Shown here piece by piece: positions 11,239-24,000 of a DNA stretch of 64,000 bases (position 1 is its first letter; each line of letters starts with the position of its first letter). This DNA comes from Strigamia acuminata. Lineage: Eukaryota. A program made the position numbers and the translations under genes. Below the pieces are notes generated by a model. It saw only the letters and a list, made by a program, of their open reading frames with translations, did no database searches and was not told where the DNA came from. The DNA lies in NCBI GenBank assembly GCA_949358305.1, contig OX442314.1, positions 29,450,001 through 29,514,000 on the forward strand, written 5' to 3'.

Positions 11239-11658
11239 TCAAGCGCTTAACGTATTGAGACCAACCAAAAATCGATTACAGAACTGTATTAAGTCGGCTT
11301 TGTCGACCGACTTTGTAAAAATATCAGCGAAATTTGATTTGGTTCCCACATGTATCACCTGGAGGTTATCCCTTTTGACAAGTTCTCGTATAAAATGGTA
11401 CCTCACATCGATATGTTTGGTTTTCCGATTTTCAATGTTCGATTTGGTGAAGTCCACTGTAGAGATGTTGTCGCAAAATACTCGGTGATGGAATTTGTTG
11501 GCCAAATCAGGGACGATCTCGTATAATACTTGAACAATCCATATATGTAGTCTTTCACAGTTTCCGTGAGAGCTACATACTCCGCCTCCATTGTTGACAG
11601 TGTCACGTTACGTTGTTTGAATGTTCTCCAGTAGATGGGCGCGCTGCCCAGCGTTACT
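11239..11658 (-). pseudogene. Copia D RNase H C-terminus, with a 2-bp frameshift
   Basis: TLGSAPIYWRTFKQRNVTLSTMEAEY continues GGTLV from 21090. An extra AT in ATATAT near 11541-11546 shifts to the frame encoding CDN...KHIDVRYHF...ADIFTK. Confidence 0.9.
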
Positions 11659-13572
11659 TGTGACGGTGACGACCACAACTCCCATTTAACAATGGTACCG
11701 GGAAGAGATCGCAATAAATAAACAGTGAATACAATACGAGATAAATACAAGACAGTTTATTGTTGGCAAACAATATGGATGAGCTAAATTATACATAGGA
11801 CTAATGCCGACATTTGGCAAGTTAAATCAGCTATTAAACTATACAAAGAATTGGCCAACTGGCCCTAGAATAATATCACTACGGGTCTGGAATATGGGAG
11901 CGGTTTCCCCATCGCTCGACCTGATTATAGATGTCATCTTAAGCCGGATGGCTGTGTCCTGGAGTCCGATACGGCTTCGCTGGTTTCCTTGGTTCGCTGT
12001 GTAAACTATCGCACGTCGATAAATCGAATGATCTGAGCATTGCGGTTGACTTTGTCTGCACCGCCACAACTTTGGGAGGATATTGGTGTAAGTAAATGTA
12101 TTCATTTACTTATCAATATTCCACTTATGAATTATATTTAATTCATATCGTTGTGAATTCTTATTTAGATATTTCGGGAATAAGTTGTCGTCAACTTATC
12201 GGTTATATTGAGTTCAATATGAGATTAAGTCTTCTGACTTGATTTTGGTCCAACTGGTTGTCGAGTTTAAGTTTTGCTGTTATAAATAAAATGAAGATTA
12301 AGCTTCCCGTCGCAACACACAATTGCCATCGATTAGAATATACGCCTTGCCATGCAGAACGGTATCAAGCGTCCCCGGCGTCGCAGCACGGTCGTCCATC
12401 GAGTGGTTGACGGTACCACGTACACAGGGGTCGATAGCTCGCGGCTCCGCACAGCAGTTTTATCTCTCGCGGTACTAATAATAGACCGACTGCTTTGGCA
12501 TCGAATACCATGAGAATCAGCTTGCCAAACACTTGGTGCTACTCGTGGTTACTGTAAAACAGACTGCTTTGGCACCATCAGGTGAAGGAACCGATTCTCA
12601 ACAATACCGATGCTACTCGTGGTAACGGAATACGTTCATACCGAAAAAGACAACTTGGTCCTGTCCGGAGGATACTGAATTGCACAACGGCGGGTTCTCC
12701 TTCGGCGTCGCAACCGTAAACTGTAACATTTATGCAACATAATGATCCCAGCACTTCGACTTCAATTGCCGGCGGTGGCATGATTCTGTAGAATCATGCA
12801 ACGGTTCTTTGCGAATAAATCAACAAAGAACCAAAAGGTTTTTTTACGTGAACAACGAATCATATTTCTTAAGTAACAATACCAAACAGAAAATAATCAA
12901 ACAGAGCTGCGGAATGGCCGATTGTTTGGGTTTATATAACCTGACTGGATTTAAGGATTAATCCAGTCATCCAATTGGAACATGGGTTCCACGAATCCCT
13001 CCAATCCCGTATCACCGGAAGTGGATACGGAGGAGCATTTATGCAAATTATGCTAATCCTTGTTACAACCGGAACTGGATACCCAGGACCGGAAATGGGT
13101 TCCACCAATCAGATTGATCGGTTGACCGATTGATCGCTAAACATTCTGTCCCGCAGAAATGGAAGTTACATTGTATTTAACAATGTCAGATACTTAATAT
13201 ATATTTATATTAATATCTAACACAATTTATTCACTTGATTAAATATACGTTTATATTTAATCATGAGGTTTTCAAGTTCGTATTCGAATTTATCGCTAAT
13301 TGCGATCGCGCCATCTAGTGGCAATATGGAGCATTGACAAATGCGGGTTTTAGCAGACGAATCTTCGTAATTATGCCGTGATACTTTAGTATCATGTGGA
13401 AATTAGTGTTTATTCTTAATAAACGAACATCTTTGTATTTGAAACATCATAAATGACTTTATTCTAGACATTTATCAGTTTTACACAGAATATTGTAAAA
13501 ATACCATCATATTGGCGCAACAGCGCTTTCTTGATAGAAAATAGGCATTTATAGCCATTGTAAACCGTCATA
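11659..13572 (-). repeat. Element E 3' LTR
   Basis: Matches 19176-21089. Sense-strand termini are TATGACGGT...ACCGTCACA. Confidence 0.95.
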
Positions 13573-14167
13573 CATCCCCCTTAATAACACAACTATATAA
13601 TATTTTATAGAGTTTTCGTTATTCTCCTAATTAGCATAAATGCTATTTTCGGACTTGATGTATCTTGGAGATACCGTGACTTCCAATTTCGAATTTGAGT
13701 TTACATAAACTAACTTGAATTATCTAAGTTCTGATTTTCTGCCGAAATAATCTTTTCTAATAGCCTAAATTCAAGTCCAGAATTTATTTCCAAGTCTTCT
13801 TTTTGAAGAAACTTTCGTCATACATAAAATCATCATTTGTGTTATCACAAAATATTTATTTCATATGCCTAGTCAGATGTATCGCTATAAATATACAATA
13901 AATAGCTTTTAGATGATAAGAGTTGACAATTTAAGAATCAAAATGTCCCCCTTAATTGTCATGACCGGAGTCACTTGGTATTCTTTGTACAATTGACTAA
14001 TTTTAATTTAAACTAGTTGTCTTTTAATACTGTAATATTACTTTTCGAGAATTGTTAATTTTAACTTTATATTTTGTCCCCCTTTTCTTTAGAAGAGAGG
14101 TCATGATTTTTAGAAGAGGATTTTCTGTTTACACTATAATCGGGGAATCTTTGTGTATCATATCATG

Positions 14168-15649
14168 TTAATCAACATGATTCTTTGCTAAATATTGAGC
14201 TCGCATATTTGCGAATTTCCGAGATCTCTCAGCCTGCTGTACTGATTTCTTTCGACGTTTTTCCTTTGGGCAGTTACATACAGTGTACTGACTTGGCAGT
14301 GTAAATGACCGTGACGACCCAACTTTTTGTTTTAGGTCATCTCTGGAAAACCATACATGAATGGGACCCTCATTGGAAAACCATACGTGGAAAGGACCCA
14401 TATTTGGAATTGTGAAATCCCGCAACAAACGAGGGGATCTATATTTGACTCTAAGTCGTGGAACTGATGATTGGAAACCTGGGTTTTCAGTCAGTTTTTG
14501 AACATGTTGGTTTGTATTTGAAGTTTCTTCATCACCAGCTGGACTTGGTGACCGAAAACGCTTTTTTGAAGTTCTTAATTCCTCTCGTTGAGATGAATTA
14601 TTCTGGATATTGCAGGGTTGCTTTCCAGACGCAAATTGTTGTATCTCCGTCAGATTGACGACTGGGACGGGTTTTAGTCGTTGGTTACGGTATTGATTTC
14701 GAAATACGAATTGTTGCGCTTCGTTTATATTTTTAAATTCAGCTGAATTTAACTGGTATTGTTTACAATACTGTTCGAATTGATACCGGATCTCCCGTGG
14801 GTTAGTCAAAAAACTTTCTTTTTTAGGTTTAAAATCATTCTCATTATCGTGTTGGTAATACTTTTTCAAGGGAAAAGTTTGCTTGACCTTTTTTCGATTT
14901 GAAATGGGCGTTAGGTAGAATTGTCTTGGCTGGGGACTCTTCTTGGTAGACAAATCATACGTCCGCAAACATGAGTTTGTGATCGGCGATCGGGCACGTT
15001 GTTGTACGTTATTTGACTGCAAATGTTTGTTTGGAGTCCGAATATCTTTCCTTTGCGTTGATATTGGTGGCCCAAAACTTTTGTTTACGGTTCCCAATTC
15101 TTTTGATAGCGGTAGGTTAATCGACAGATTAAGGCTAGCCACATATCGTTGTGCTTCAGCTGGATTAGCATATCGAACTGAAATTAGCTGATCTCGATTG
15201 TAAACGAGTTTTAATTTGTTCTGAACAACCGACTGGTTAGTTAACGAACTCTCTGGACGAGAATTATTAGGTTTATAATTCTCTTCCCCCTTATCTACCG
15301 AATTAGGTGGTTTAAACTTTTCTAACTTAGATCCCCTACTGGATGTTTGAAACATAGTATGAGAATCTTGATTCACTAAGTTTCGGCTGTATGTTTGTGG
15401 ATTCCGTACTGGATCTTGATGTGAAGATTGAGATTGGGTACGATCTCGCCAGTTCCTAGCTTTTACATAGTCTGAAGCTTCGATTATATTTTTAAACTTG
15501 GTTTTATCCAGTCCATGACGATTACAATACAGAGTAAAATGATCGGGAATCTTTTCTGTTTGATCGCCAAGTGGTACAGAACTTAAATTTAAGTTTGTCT
15601 GCTTATTATTTCCTTTTGGATCGATCATATTCAATGGTTTTTGAGCCAT
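14168..15649 (-). CDS. Element E orphan ORF (about 493 aa from ATG 15649), basic, with an internal 33-aa repeat
   Basis: Long stop-free frame in AT-rich DNA, with an upstream core promoter. No family recognised. Confidence 0.65.
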   Translation of the reverse strand: MAQKPLNMIDPKGNNKQTNLNLSSVPLGDQTEKIPDHFTLYCNRHGLDKTKFKNIIEASDYVKARNWRDRTQSQSSHQDPVRNPQTYSRNLVNQDSHTMFQTSSRGSKLEKFKPPNSVDKGEENYKPNNSRPESSLTNQSVVQNKLKLVYNRDQLISVRYANPAEAQRYVASLNLSINLPLSKELGTVNKSFGPPISTQRKDIRTPNKHLQSNNVQQRARSPITNSCLRTYDLSTKKSPQPRQFYLTPISNRKKVKQTFPLKKYYQHDNENDFKPKKESFLTNPREIRYQFEQYCKQYQLNSAEFKNINEAQQFVFRNQYRNQRLKPVPVVNLTEIQQFASGKQPCNIQNNSSQREELRTSKKRFRSPSPAGDEETSNTNQHVQKLTENPGFQSSVPRLRVKYRSPRLLRDFTIPNMGPFHVWFSNEGPIHVWFSRDDLKQKVGSSRSFTLPSQYTVCNCPKEKRRKKSVQQAERSRKFANMRAQYLAKNHVD

Positions 15650-15891
15650 AAAAAAATTCAAAATCTGACGATTTTAATTCTTTAATTTATAAAGAAGACG
15701 AATATAATACACTTTTCAACAAGAAACACTTCTAAACTTTACTTTTGACAAAATAAAATTAAACTTCGCGTTTGTTTGACACGTGTTAGCTTTTGCAGGT
15801 TACACGGCACACAAAATTCGAATCGTGACTGAAATCGGGACGGCGTGGTCAAGATGACTCTGGAACACGTCTTCTGGTCTGGTCTGGATGC

Positions 15892-15990
15892 GAATGATCA
15901 GTATCTGATCTGGTCCTCCTTTAATAGCAGGGGGCTGGGGATCCCTAGATCTCCCAACTTCTGATTGGCGGATGTTAGTGTCGGCCAATG
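15892..15990 (-). promoter_or_regulatory. Putative internal Pol II core promoter (CCAAT, TATA, Inr) for the element E ORF
   Basis: Minus strand has CCAAT at 15968-15964 and TATTAAAG at 15926-15919. The A of TCATTC lies 31 nt downstream of the TATA start. Confidence 0.55.
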
Positions 15991-18900
15991 GTATAAAGGA
16001 CGTTACATCTATTTAGTAGTTCTCTACTAAGTCCGTTCCCTTCGAGATTCAATTTTACCGATAAAATAAAATTCCTTCGGGAAGACATTCGTAAAATATT
16101 GTATTTTTCAAATGAAAATAAAATAAACTTACTTCAATCTTCTTGAACTTTGGGATTTTTACCAATCCAAATAATTAAATAACTTTTCTTCAAAAAATAT
16201 TTTTCTTTTAATTATTCCGTTAGTGTGTGATATCGTTACAACCACAACTTTAATAAAGTTTTCTCAAACTCTCAATTTTTCTTATTCTTATTCAATTATC
16301 GTTCAAATAATCATTCCTTTGTAATTGAAATCTATTTTCGATTCCCAACATTGTGTATTCATTTCCAATAGGAAGAATAATTTGACCAAGTCTTTACTTT
16401 TTCGGGTTTAAATTCCATTTTTCGAGTGTGAAAAAATAAATTTTCACCATCCATCTCCCCCTTTTTTAACAAATTTTTTTAACAAATAAAAATTCGTTAA
16501 AATTCTTTAAATTTGTTTTGCGAGAAAAATTATCTAATTCTCTAATCTTCCAAAAGAAAATATTCGAAATTTTACTTTAAACGATAAAGTTATTGGTACA
16601 AATGTGTACTTGTTTTTCGGGAGAAAACTATTCGACAATCCTTTAGACTTTTGGGTAAAAATTATTCATCAAATCTTTCTTTTTTGATGACAATTGCTTT
16701 GATTTTTCGAAAGAAAATATCTAGCTAAATTCCACTTTTCCTGAGCGGACAATTGTTTTCACAATTAGTTATTCCTTTGCGATATTTACGAAGGACGTGT
16801 CTTTGATTATTCGTTTTAATAATTTTCGTCCCCCTTATCTCTAATAACGAGATGTTTTTGCAGAGATCTTTTATCTTTTGAATGAAAGAATATTTAAATC
16901 TCAATTGTCGTAAATACCTTCATCTGCTGCAGCATTTCCTCAATTTGAACTTTTCAAATGAAAAGGCAAATCTGGAGAACTTTCACTGTCAAACTTCTAT
17001 TCCTATCGCGCCAAAATTCGTAATTCACTGGTTTGGAATTCCGTATAACACGTGACACAATAACAGTATCGATGTCACAATTAAGCAGTTTACTACTCGG
17101 TCCGCGCGAGGACATGTAAATTACTTTTTTCCGATAAAAATAATTTTTCTTTGAAAAATATTTGAAATTGATTTTTCACAACTACTTTTGAATGAAATAA
17201 AATGAAGTTATTCCAACTTTTCGTTAATTGCTCACACATAACATTCCCTTTACTGTGGGATTTGCATCGAAATTCCATTTTTAAAGAACCTTTCTTTTAC
17301 TTATCGCAAATAAAACATATTCAATCGTTTTTCTGATTAAACTTTAACACGTAAATTACGAACGAAATATATGATGACATTCCATTAACCTTTAGGAAAA
17401 TTGACTAAATTCTTAATTTTTAGAGAAAAATAATGTATCTAGAATCTTTCCTTTTCCGAATAAAATCTATGTTCAAAATAGAAGATAAATCTTGTGCAAT
17501 TCTTAGTTTTTTCGAATGGAAAAATACAACTTTTCATCAGCGGTGATTTATTTGATTTTTCCGAAAGAAAAATAATTACTTTGAAACTTATTTTCTTCGT
17601 TTAAATCAGCTATCTGATTTTAAAGCTTCAATCCAATTAAAAAATATTCGCTCCGTAAATATTTCATGTGGCAAAGTTCATAGCCACAAATGGATTTGTT
17701 ATTCCGGTTTTAAGAAATCATGTGGGAAAATGTCCGATTAGATTACTAAAAATATTCGTTGTTTTTCAAACAGCTAAATTTCATTTAGAAATTCTCAAAA
17801 TTTGGGAGACCCAAATATCGTTGGAAACTTAAAACACTGTTAAATTTCCGAAAGGAAAGATTGAATGAAATCCTTTTACTTTTCCGAGGGAAAGCGTTTA
17901 TCGTGATTCGTAACTTTCAATGTAAAAAATACTATTCTACGTGGTCGGCAACTTCATTCGCCGCCATTTTATATTTTCTTAATTTCCATTGTCCCGAAGG
18001 AAAAAATGTACTTTTTGTGAAAATAGTTAATTCCTTCAAATAAAGGTAATATTCATTTCGATTTGCAAATCTTTTCTGCGAAATGGAGTGTGTTGTTTTT
18101 CTCCAACAACTAAATTATCTTTGGTACCGATGGCAGTGGAAAAATTAGTTCGCGACACTTAAATAAATCTCTACGAACCTTCTGTAACATTTCTCCGCTG
18201 TCTTTTATCTGTTGTCCGCCATAATTTCCAAGCATTCGTTCGCACCTTGCGTTGAAGGTTTGAGTAGCTTCCCTGCTGCGTTTGATACGGAGATCGACGC
18301 GTATTGCTATGGCGCGTGGTCGCTGGCTATCGGTGTCGACGTACAGTTACAAGAAACTTAATTTCTTGTAAATATTTCCAAATAGTTGCGGTGTTTTCTT
18401 CGTTTTAACTTTTCAGGTGGAAAGATAAATTCGTAAGAAGTCCGCCTTCTAAACTTGTATGTTTTTAGCTTTTCGAAATAAAACAAACTTCGAAAAAAAA
18501 TATCTGTATTCTTATTTCACTCGAAACTTTTTTTTGATTTCTTATTTAAAATACTTCGTATTCCTTAAATTGTCGAACGAAAATAGTAAAGAGAGTTCAC
18601 TAAACGTTTCCATTTCGTCAGTTTAACTTTTCACATGAAAATATAAACTGAAAATCTATTTGTCTGTTTTAACTAAAATTTTTTTGTTAATATCGGATTC
18701 AAGATTCGCTTTTGCAATTCGATCGAATTAATTTGCAACCTATTTCAGTGATCGTGTGATAGGTCTATAACTTCCGAAATTCCTAGTTAAAGGACAGTTT
18801 TGGTGTTTCTCAAGAAAATAAACATGGTTTGAAACTGGTCTGTTTTTTAACTAAATCTTTTAGTTAAATATTTATCTCAAAATTCACTTTTACAATTCTA

Positions 18901-19154
18901 TCGAATTTAATTGCAACCTAATCTCGGTGGGACCTCCACGTGTGAGATTAGGTGGTAGTCTTTGAAATCCCTAAAATCTTCAAACGAAAATAATGAAGGA
19001 AAATCTACTACGTATTTCTATTTCATCAGTTTAACTTCTTCACATGGAAATATAAACTGAGAATTTAATCTGTCTATTTTTAACTTAAATCTTTTAGTTA
19101 AATATTTATCTCCAATATTCACTGTTGCAATTCAATCGAATTTAATTGCAACCT

Positions 19155-19173
19155 AATCTCGGTGGGACCTCCA
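19155..19173 (-). other. Element E primer-binding site, tRNA-Gln
   Basis: TGGAGGTCCCACCGAGATT, complementary to the tRNA-Gln 3' end. A second exact copy is at 18920-18938. Confidence 0.85.
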
Positions 19174-19175
19174 CG

Positions 19176-21089
19176 TGTGACGGTGACGACCACAACTCCC
19201 ATTTAACAATGGTACCGGGAAGAGATCGCAATAAATAAACAGTGAATACAATACGAGATAAATACAAGACAGTTTATTGTTGGCAAACAATATGGATGAG
19301 CTAAATTATACATAGGACTAATGCCGACATTTGGCAAGTTAAATCAGCTATTAAACTATACAAAGAATTGGCCAACTGGCCCTAGAATAATATCACTACG
19401 GGTCTGGAATATGGGAGCGGTTTCCCCATCGCTCGACCTGATTATAGATGTCATCTTAAGCCGGATGGCTGTGTCCTGGAGTCCGATACGGCTTCGCTGG
19501 TTTCCTTGGTTCGCTGTGTAAACTATCGCACGTCGATAAATCGAATGATCTGAGCATTGCGGTTGACTTTGTCTGCACCGCCACAACTTTGGGAGGATAT
19601 TGGTGTAAGTAAATGTATTCATTTACTTATCAATATTCCACTTATGAATTATATTTAATTCATATCGTTGTGAATTCTTATTTAGATATTTCGGGAATAA
19701 GTTGTCGTCAACTTATCGGTTATATTGAGTTCAATATGAGATTAAGTCTTCTGACTTGATTTTGGTCCAACTGGTTGTCGAGTTTAAGTTTTGCTGTTAT
19801 AAATAAAATGAAGATTAAGCTTCCCGTCGCAACACACAATTGCCATCGATTAGAATATACGCCTTGCCATGCAGAACGGTATCAAGCGTCCCCGGCGTCG
19901 CAGCACGGTCGTCCATCGAGTGGTTGACGGTACCACGTACACAGGGGTCGATAGCTCGCGGCTCCGCACAGCAGTTTTATCTCTCGCGGTACTAATAATA
20001 GACCGACTGCTTTGGCATCGAATACCATGAGAATCAGCTTGCCAAACACTTGGTGCTACTCGTGGTTACTGTAAAACAGACTGCTTTGGCACCATCAGGT
20101 GAAGGAACCGATTCTCAACAATACCGATGCTACTCGTGGTAACGGAATACGTTCATACCGAAAAAGACAACTTGGTCCTGTCCGGAGGATACTGAATTGC
20201 ACAACGGCGGGTTCTCCTTCGGCGTCGCAACCGTAAACTGTAACATTTATGCAACATAATGATCCCAGCACTTCGACTTCAATTGCCGGCGGTGGCATGA
20301 TTCTGTAGAATCATGCAACGGTTCTTTGCGAATAAATCAACAAAGAACCAAAAGGTTTTTTTACGTGAACAACGAATCATATTTCTTAAGTAACAATACC
20401 AAACAGAAAATAATCAAACAGAGCTGCGGAATGGCCGATTGTTTGGGTTTATATAACCTGACTGGATTTAAGGATTAATCCAGTCATCCAATTGGAACAT
20501 GGGTTCCACGAATCCCTCCAATCCCGTATCACCGGAAGTGGATACGGAGGAGCATTTATGCAAATTATGCTAATCCTTGTTACAACCGGAACTGGATACC
20601 CAGGACCGGAAATGGGTTCCACCAATCAGATTGATCGGTTGACCGATTGATCGCTAAACATTCTGTCCCGCAGAAATGGAAGTTACATTGTATTTAACAA
20701 TGTCAGATACTTAATATATATTTATATTAATATCTAACACAATTTATTCACTTGATTAAATATACGTTTATATTTAATCATGAGGTTTTCAAGTTCGTAT
20801 TCGAATTTATCGCTAATTGCGATCGCGCCATCTAGTGGCAATATGGAGCATTGACAAATGCGGGTTTTAGCAGACGAATCTTCGTAATTATGCCGTGATA
20901 CTTTAGTATCATGTGGAAATTAGTGTTTATTCTTAATAAACGAACATCTTTGTATTTGAAACATCATAAATGACTTTATTCTAGACATTTATCAGTTTTA
21001 CACAGAATATTGTAAAAATACCATCATATTGGCGCAACAGCGCTTTCTTGATAGAAAATAGGCATTTATAGCCATTGTAAACCGTCATA
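19176..21089 (-). repeat. Element E 5' LTR
   Basis: Matches 11659-13572 and lies next to the PBS. Confidence 0.95.
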
Positions 21090-24000
21090 TACTAAAGTCC
21101 CGCCAACGGAAATTCGATCATCTCGATTGTTGGCGTAGTCCGAGTCGCTATAGCCAATGACTTCAATTCGGTCGTTAGGAAACAACATCAATCCGAGGTC
21201 TTTTGTTGTTCTTAAATAGCTAAGCAACTCCAAGAGTACAAGCCAGTGCTCCCATCCTGGGTTGGATTGAAATTGACTCAGAATGTTGATTGCGTAGGTC
21301 ATGTCAGGCCTTGTTCTTGATCCTATAAATGCCAAAGAACCAAGCAGGCTTCTATATGGTATTTTCTCCATGACCTTAAATTCTTCGATTGTAATTGGGC
21401 ATTGTTTCTTCGTAAGAATGGTTGATTTAATCATTGGTTGTGATCTAATCTTTACTGACTTCAAATGATTGTCAAATCTTAGCAGCACTTTGTTGATGTA
21501 AGTCCTTTGATGCAGTATCATTTGTTGTCTGTATGGGTGGAATTCAACTCCCAACAATTTCTTCGTTTGTCCCAAGATCACTAGGTCAAATTGCGTTTTG
21601 ATCATATTTAGGACATTCATTGCGTCTTCGAGGTGTTTGCCAAAAACTACAATATCATCAACGTACACGATCAAGTACGCAATGTTTCCAAACTTATACA
21701 CGCAGTTACACCAGTTGACGTGTTGTAGGCCAAGTTTCAGCAGGGTTTCTTCGAGCTCAATACCCCATTCTCTTCCGGACTGATGTAAGCCGTATATCGC
21801 TCGAAGCAACTTGCAGACATGATTTTCTTTCCCATGGCAAATGAATCCCTTGGGTTGACGCATGTAGATTGTTTTGTGTAATTTCGCGTACAAGTAGGCA
21901 CATTTGACATCCGCCTGAACATATGACCACTTCAACATGCAGACAAGCAGTGTAAACATAAAGCGTACAATAGAAAAATCGACTACAGGCGAGAAGGTTT
22001 CTTCATAGGATTCCCCATAGACTTGTGAGAAGCCCTGCGCCACAAGTCTCGCTTTGTATCTGGCGATTTCTCCTTTATCGTTCGGCTTGACAGTATAAAT
22101 CCATTTGCATCCGATTGGTTTTATGTCGGGTGGCGGTGGAACCAACTCCCATACCTCGCGTTCGTGCATTGTGTCTATTTCATCGCACATAGCCTGATTC
22201 CATTCTTCTTTCTCTGGAAGATTAGCTATCTGCTCAAAACGTGCGGGTATGAAAACTTCAAGATGATTGGCTTCAAAGTCGAGTGTTAACTCATCAAAAA
22301 TGCTCATGTCGAAATCATCTTGTGTCACATTTGATTCGGATTGCTTCTTTCTCCTCTTGTCTTCGAAGAGGTGCTCTGGGACTTGAAGATTATGATCCGT
22401 GCAATATCGCTTGACATCTGGTATTGATCGCAACTTTGGCTTGTCATACCCCTCAATGGTGTATTCATAATCCTTCTGTCCTGTCGCCCTTGTCTTCTCC
22501 GTCTTCTTCCAAACGAGTGCGGGTATCACTGCAACTGGGTTTGGAAGTACCTGTCCAGGTTGAGGTAAGATGGCTTGCAACCGTATTCCTGCTTCAGCTC
22601 CAGGTATATTGGGTTTTGGTCGAAGCTTTTCTTCAGGTAATCTAAATTTCAACTTTAGTTGTGGCAATTCTTCTTCCTCTCTCTTCTTAATCGGTTGCGG
22701 CGGAGGTAGCGGTGGTCTAACGTCCTCGTCGAAGTAGTATTGACGATCATCATTTTCCAAATTGTCATTTAAATTGTCAATGTAAGTGGTGTACTTCTCC
22801 GGTAGGCCCAGCACGCCTTCAACTCCGCGCTTGCTTTCCACGAATTTAACGTCGCTTGTTTCTATGACTTTTGAAAATTCTGGCAGCCAAATCCTGTATC
22901 CTTTGGTAATTCTTGAATATCCGAGCATGATTCCATATATGCCCTTATTGTCTATCTTTCCGTCTCGTACTTTCTTCTGCACAAAGCAGAGACTTCCAAA
23001 CTTTCTTAAATGACGCAAAGATGGTTTCCGGCCATAATAAAGTTCCATTGGCGTCTTCTCGGAATTTAGCTTGGCAATTCTGTTCCTGAGGTAGTTGAAT
23101 GTTAAAATCGCTTCACCCCAAAATCGGTGTTCCAATTGTGCATCGTACACAAGAGCTCGCATCCCATTCGCCAACGTCTGGTTTAATCTTTCAGAAACTC
23201 CGTTCTGGACTGGCGTGTACGCGTTTGTTCTCTCGTGTGCAATTCCCTGTTCCTCAAGATACTGTCCGAATTTGTTGGAACAGAACTCCATGCCGTTATC
23301 TGTTCGTATGGCTAAAATCGATTTTCCGAGTAGGCGCTCAATTCGTTTCACATGCTTCTTAAATAACTCGAATACTTCGTCCTTTTGTTTCATCAGATAA
23401 ACTGTCGAGTATCGTGAATAGTCATCCGTGATGGTGAGAAAATATCTGTTTCCTGATAGTGTGGGAGTTCCAAACGCCCCGCACACATCCATGTGCAAAA
23501 GTTCTAGCGGTCCCTTCGACCTAATTCCCGGAATTGACTTGTGCGACACTGATTTCTTCTTTGCAAGTGTGCACACATCACACTGTGTGATTGGCACGTC
23601 GAGCACAGGCAATCCAATTACCGCTTCTGTCTTACTCATTTGTTGCACGCTAGGGAAATGGATATGTCCTAGTCGCTCGTGCCAAAGTCGTGCTTCTTCT
23701 GGATTGGAGGCACTTTTACTTGATTGAGGAGATTGTTGTTTCTTCTCTTCACACGTATTGGCCCTGGTCGTTTCCTTTTGTTTCAATTTTTCGATGTCGG
23801 GTTTTTCATTGCTAAGTTGAATGTAATAGAGTCTGTCCTTCTTGACTCCTTGCATTAACTGCCGTTTCCATTGTGGGTCGTAAATCTTTACTAAACCCGC
23901 ACCCACAGCTACTCGACATCTCGCCTCATCAATGCACGGCCCAGACAATAGGTTTCTTCGCAAGTCCGGCGCATAATAAACCTTTTTTAGTGTGATGGGA

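Larger units (their letters stand above)
11659..21089 (-). mobile_element. Non-autonomous large LTR element E (1914-bp LTRs, no recognisable gag/pol, one orphan ORF)
   Basis: Direct repeats 11659-13572 and 19176-21089 with no difference seen by eye, 4-bp TSD TACT (11655-11658, 21090-21093), tRNA-Gln PBS, and PPT AAGGGGGATG next to the 3' LTR. Confidence 0.93.

Noticed and set aside
16050..18100. Recurring TTTTCCGAAAGAAAA-like motif in the element E interior
   Set aside because: It may be a decayed tandem repeat, but I cannot separate it from AT-rich background without a periodicity test.
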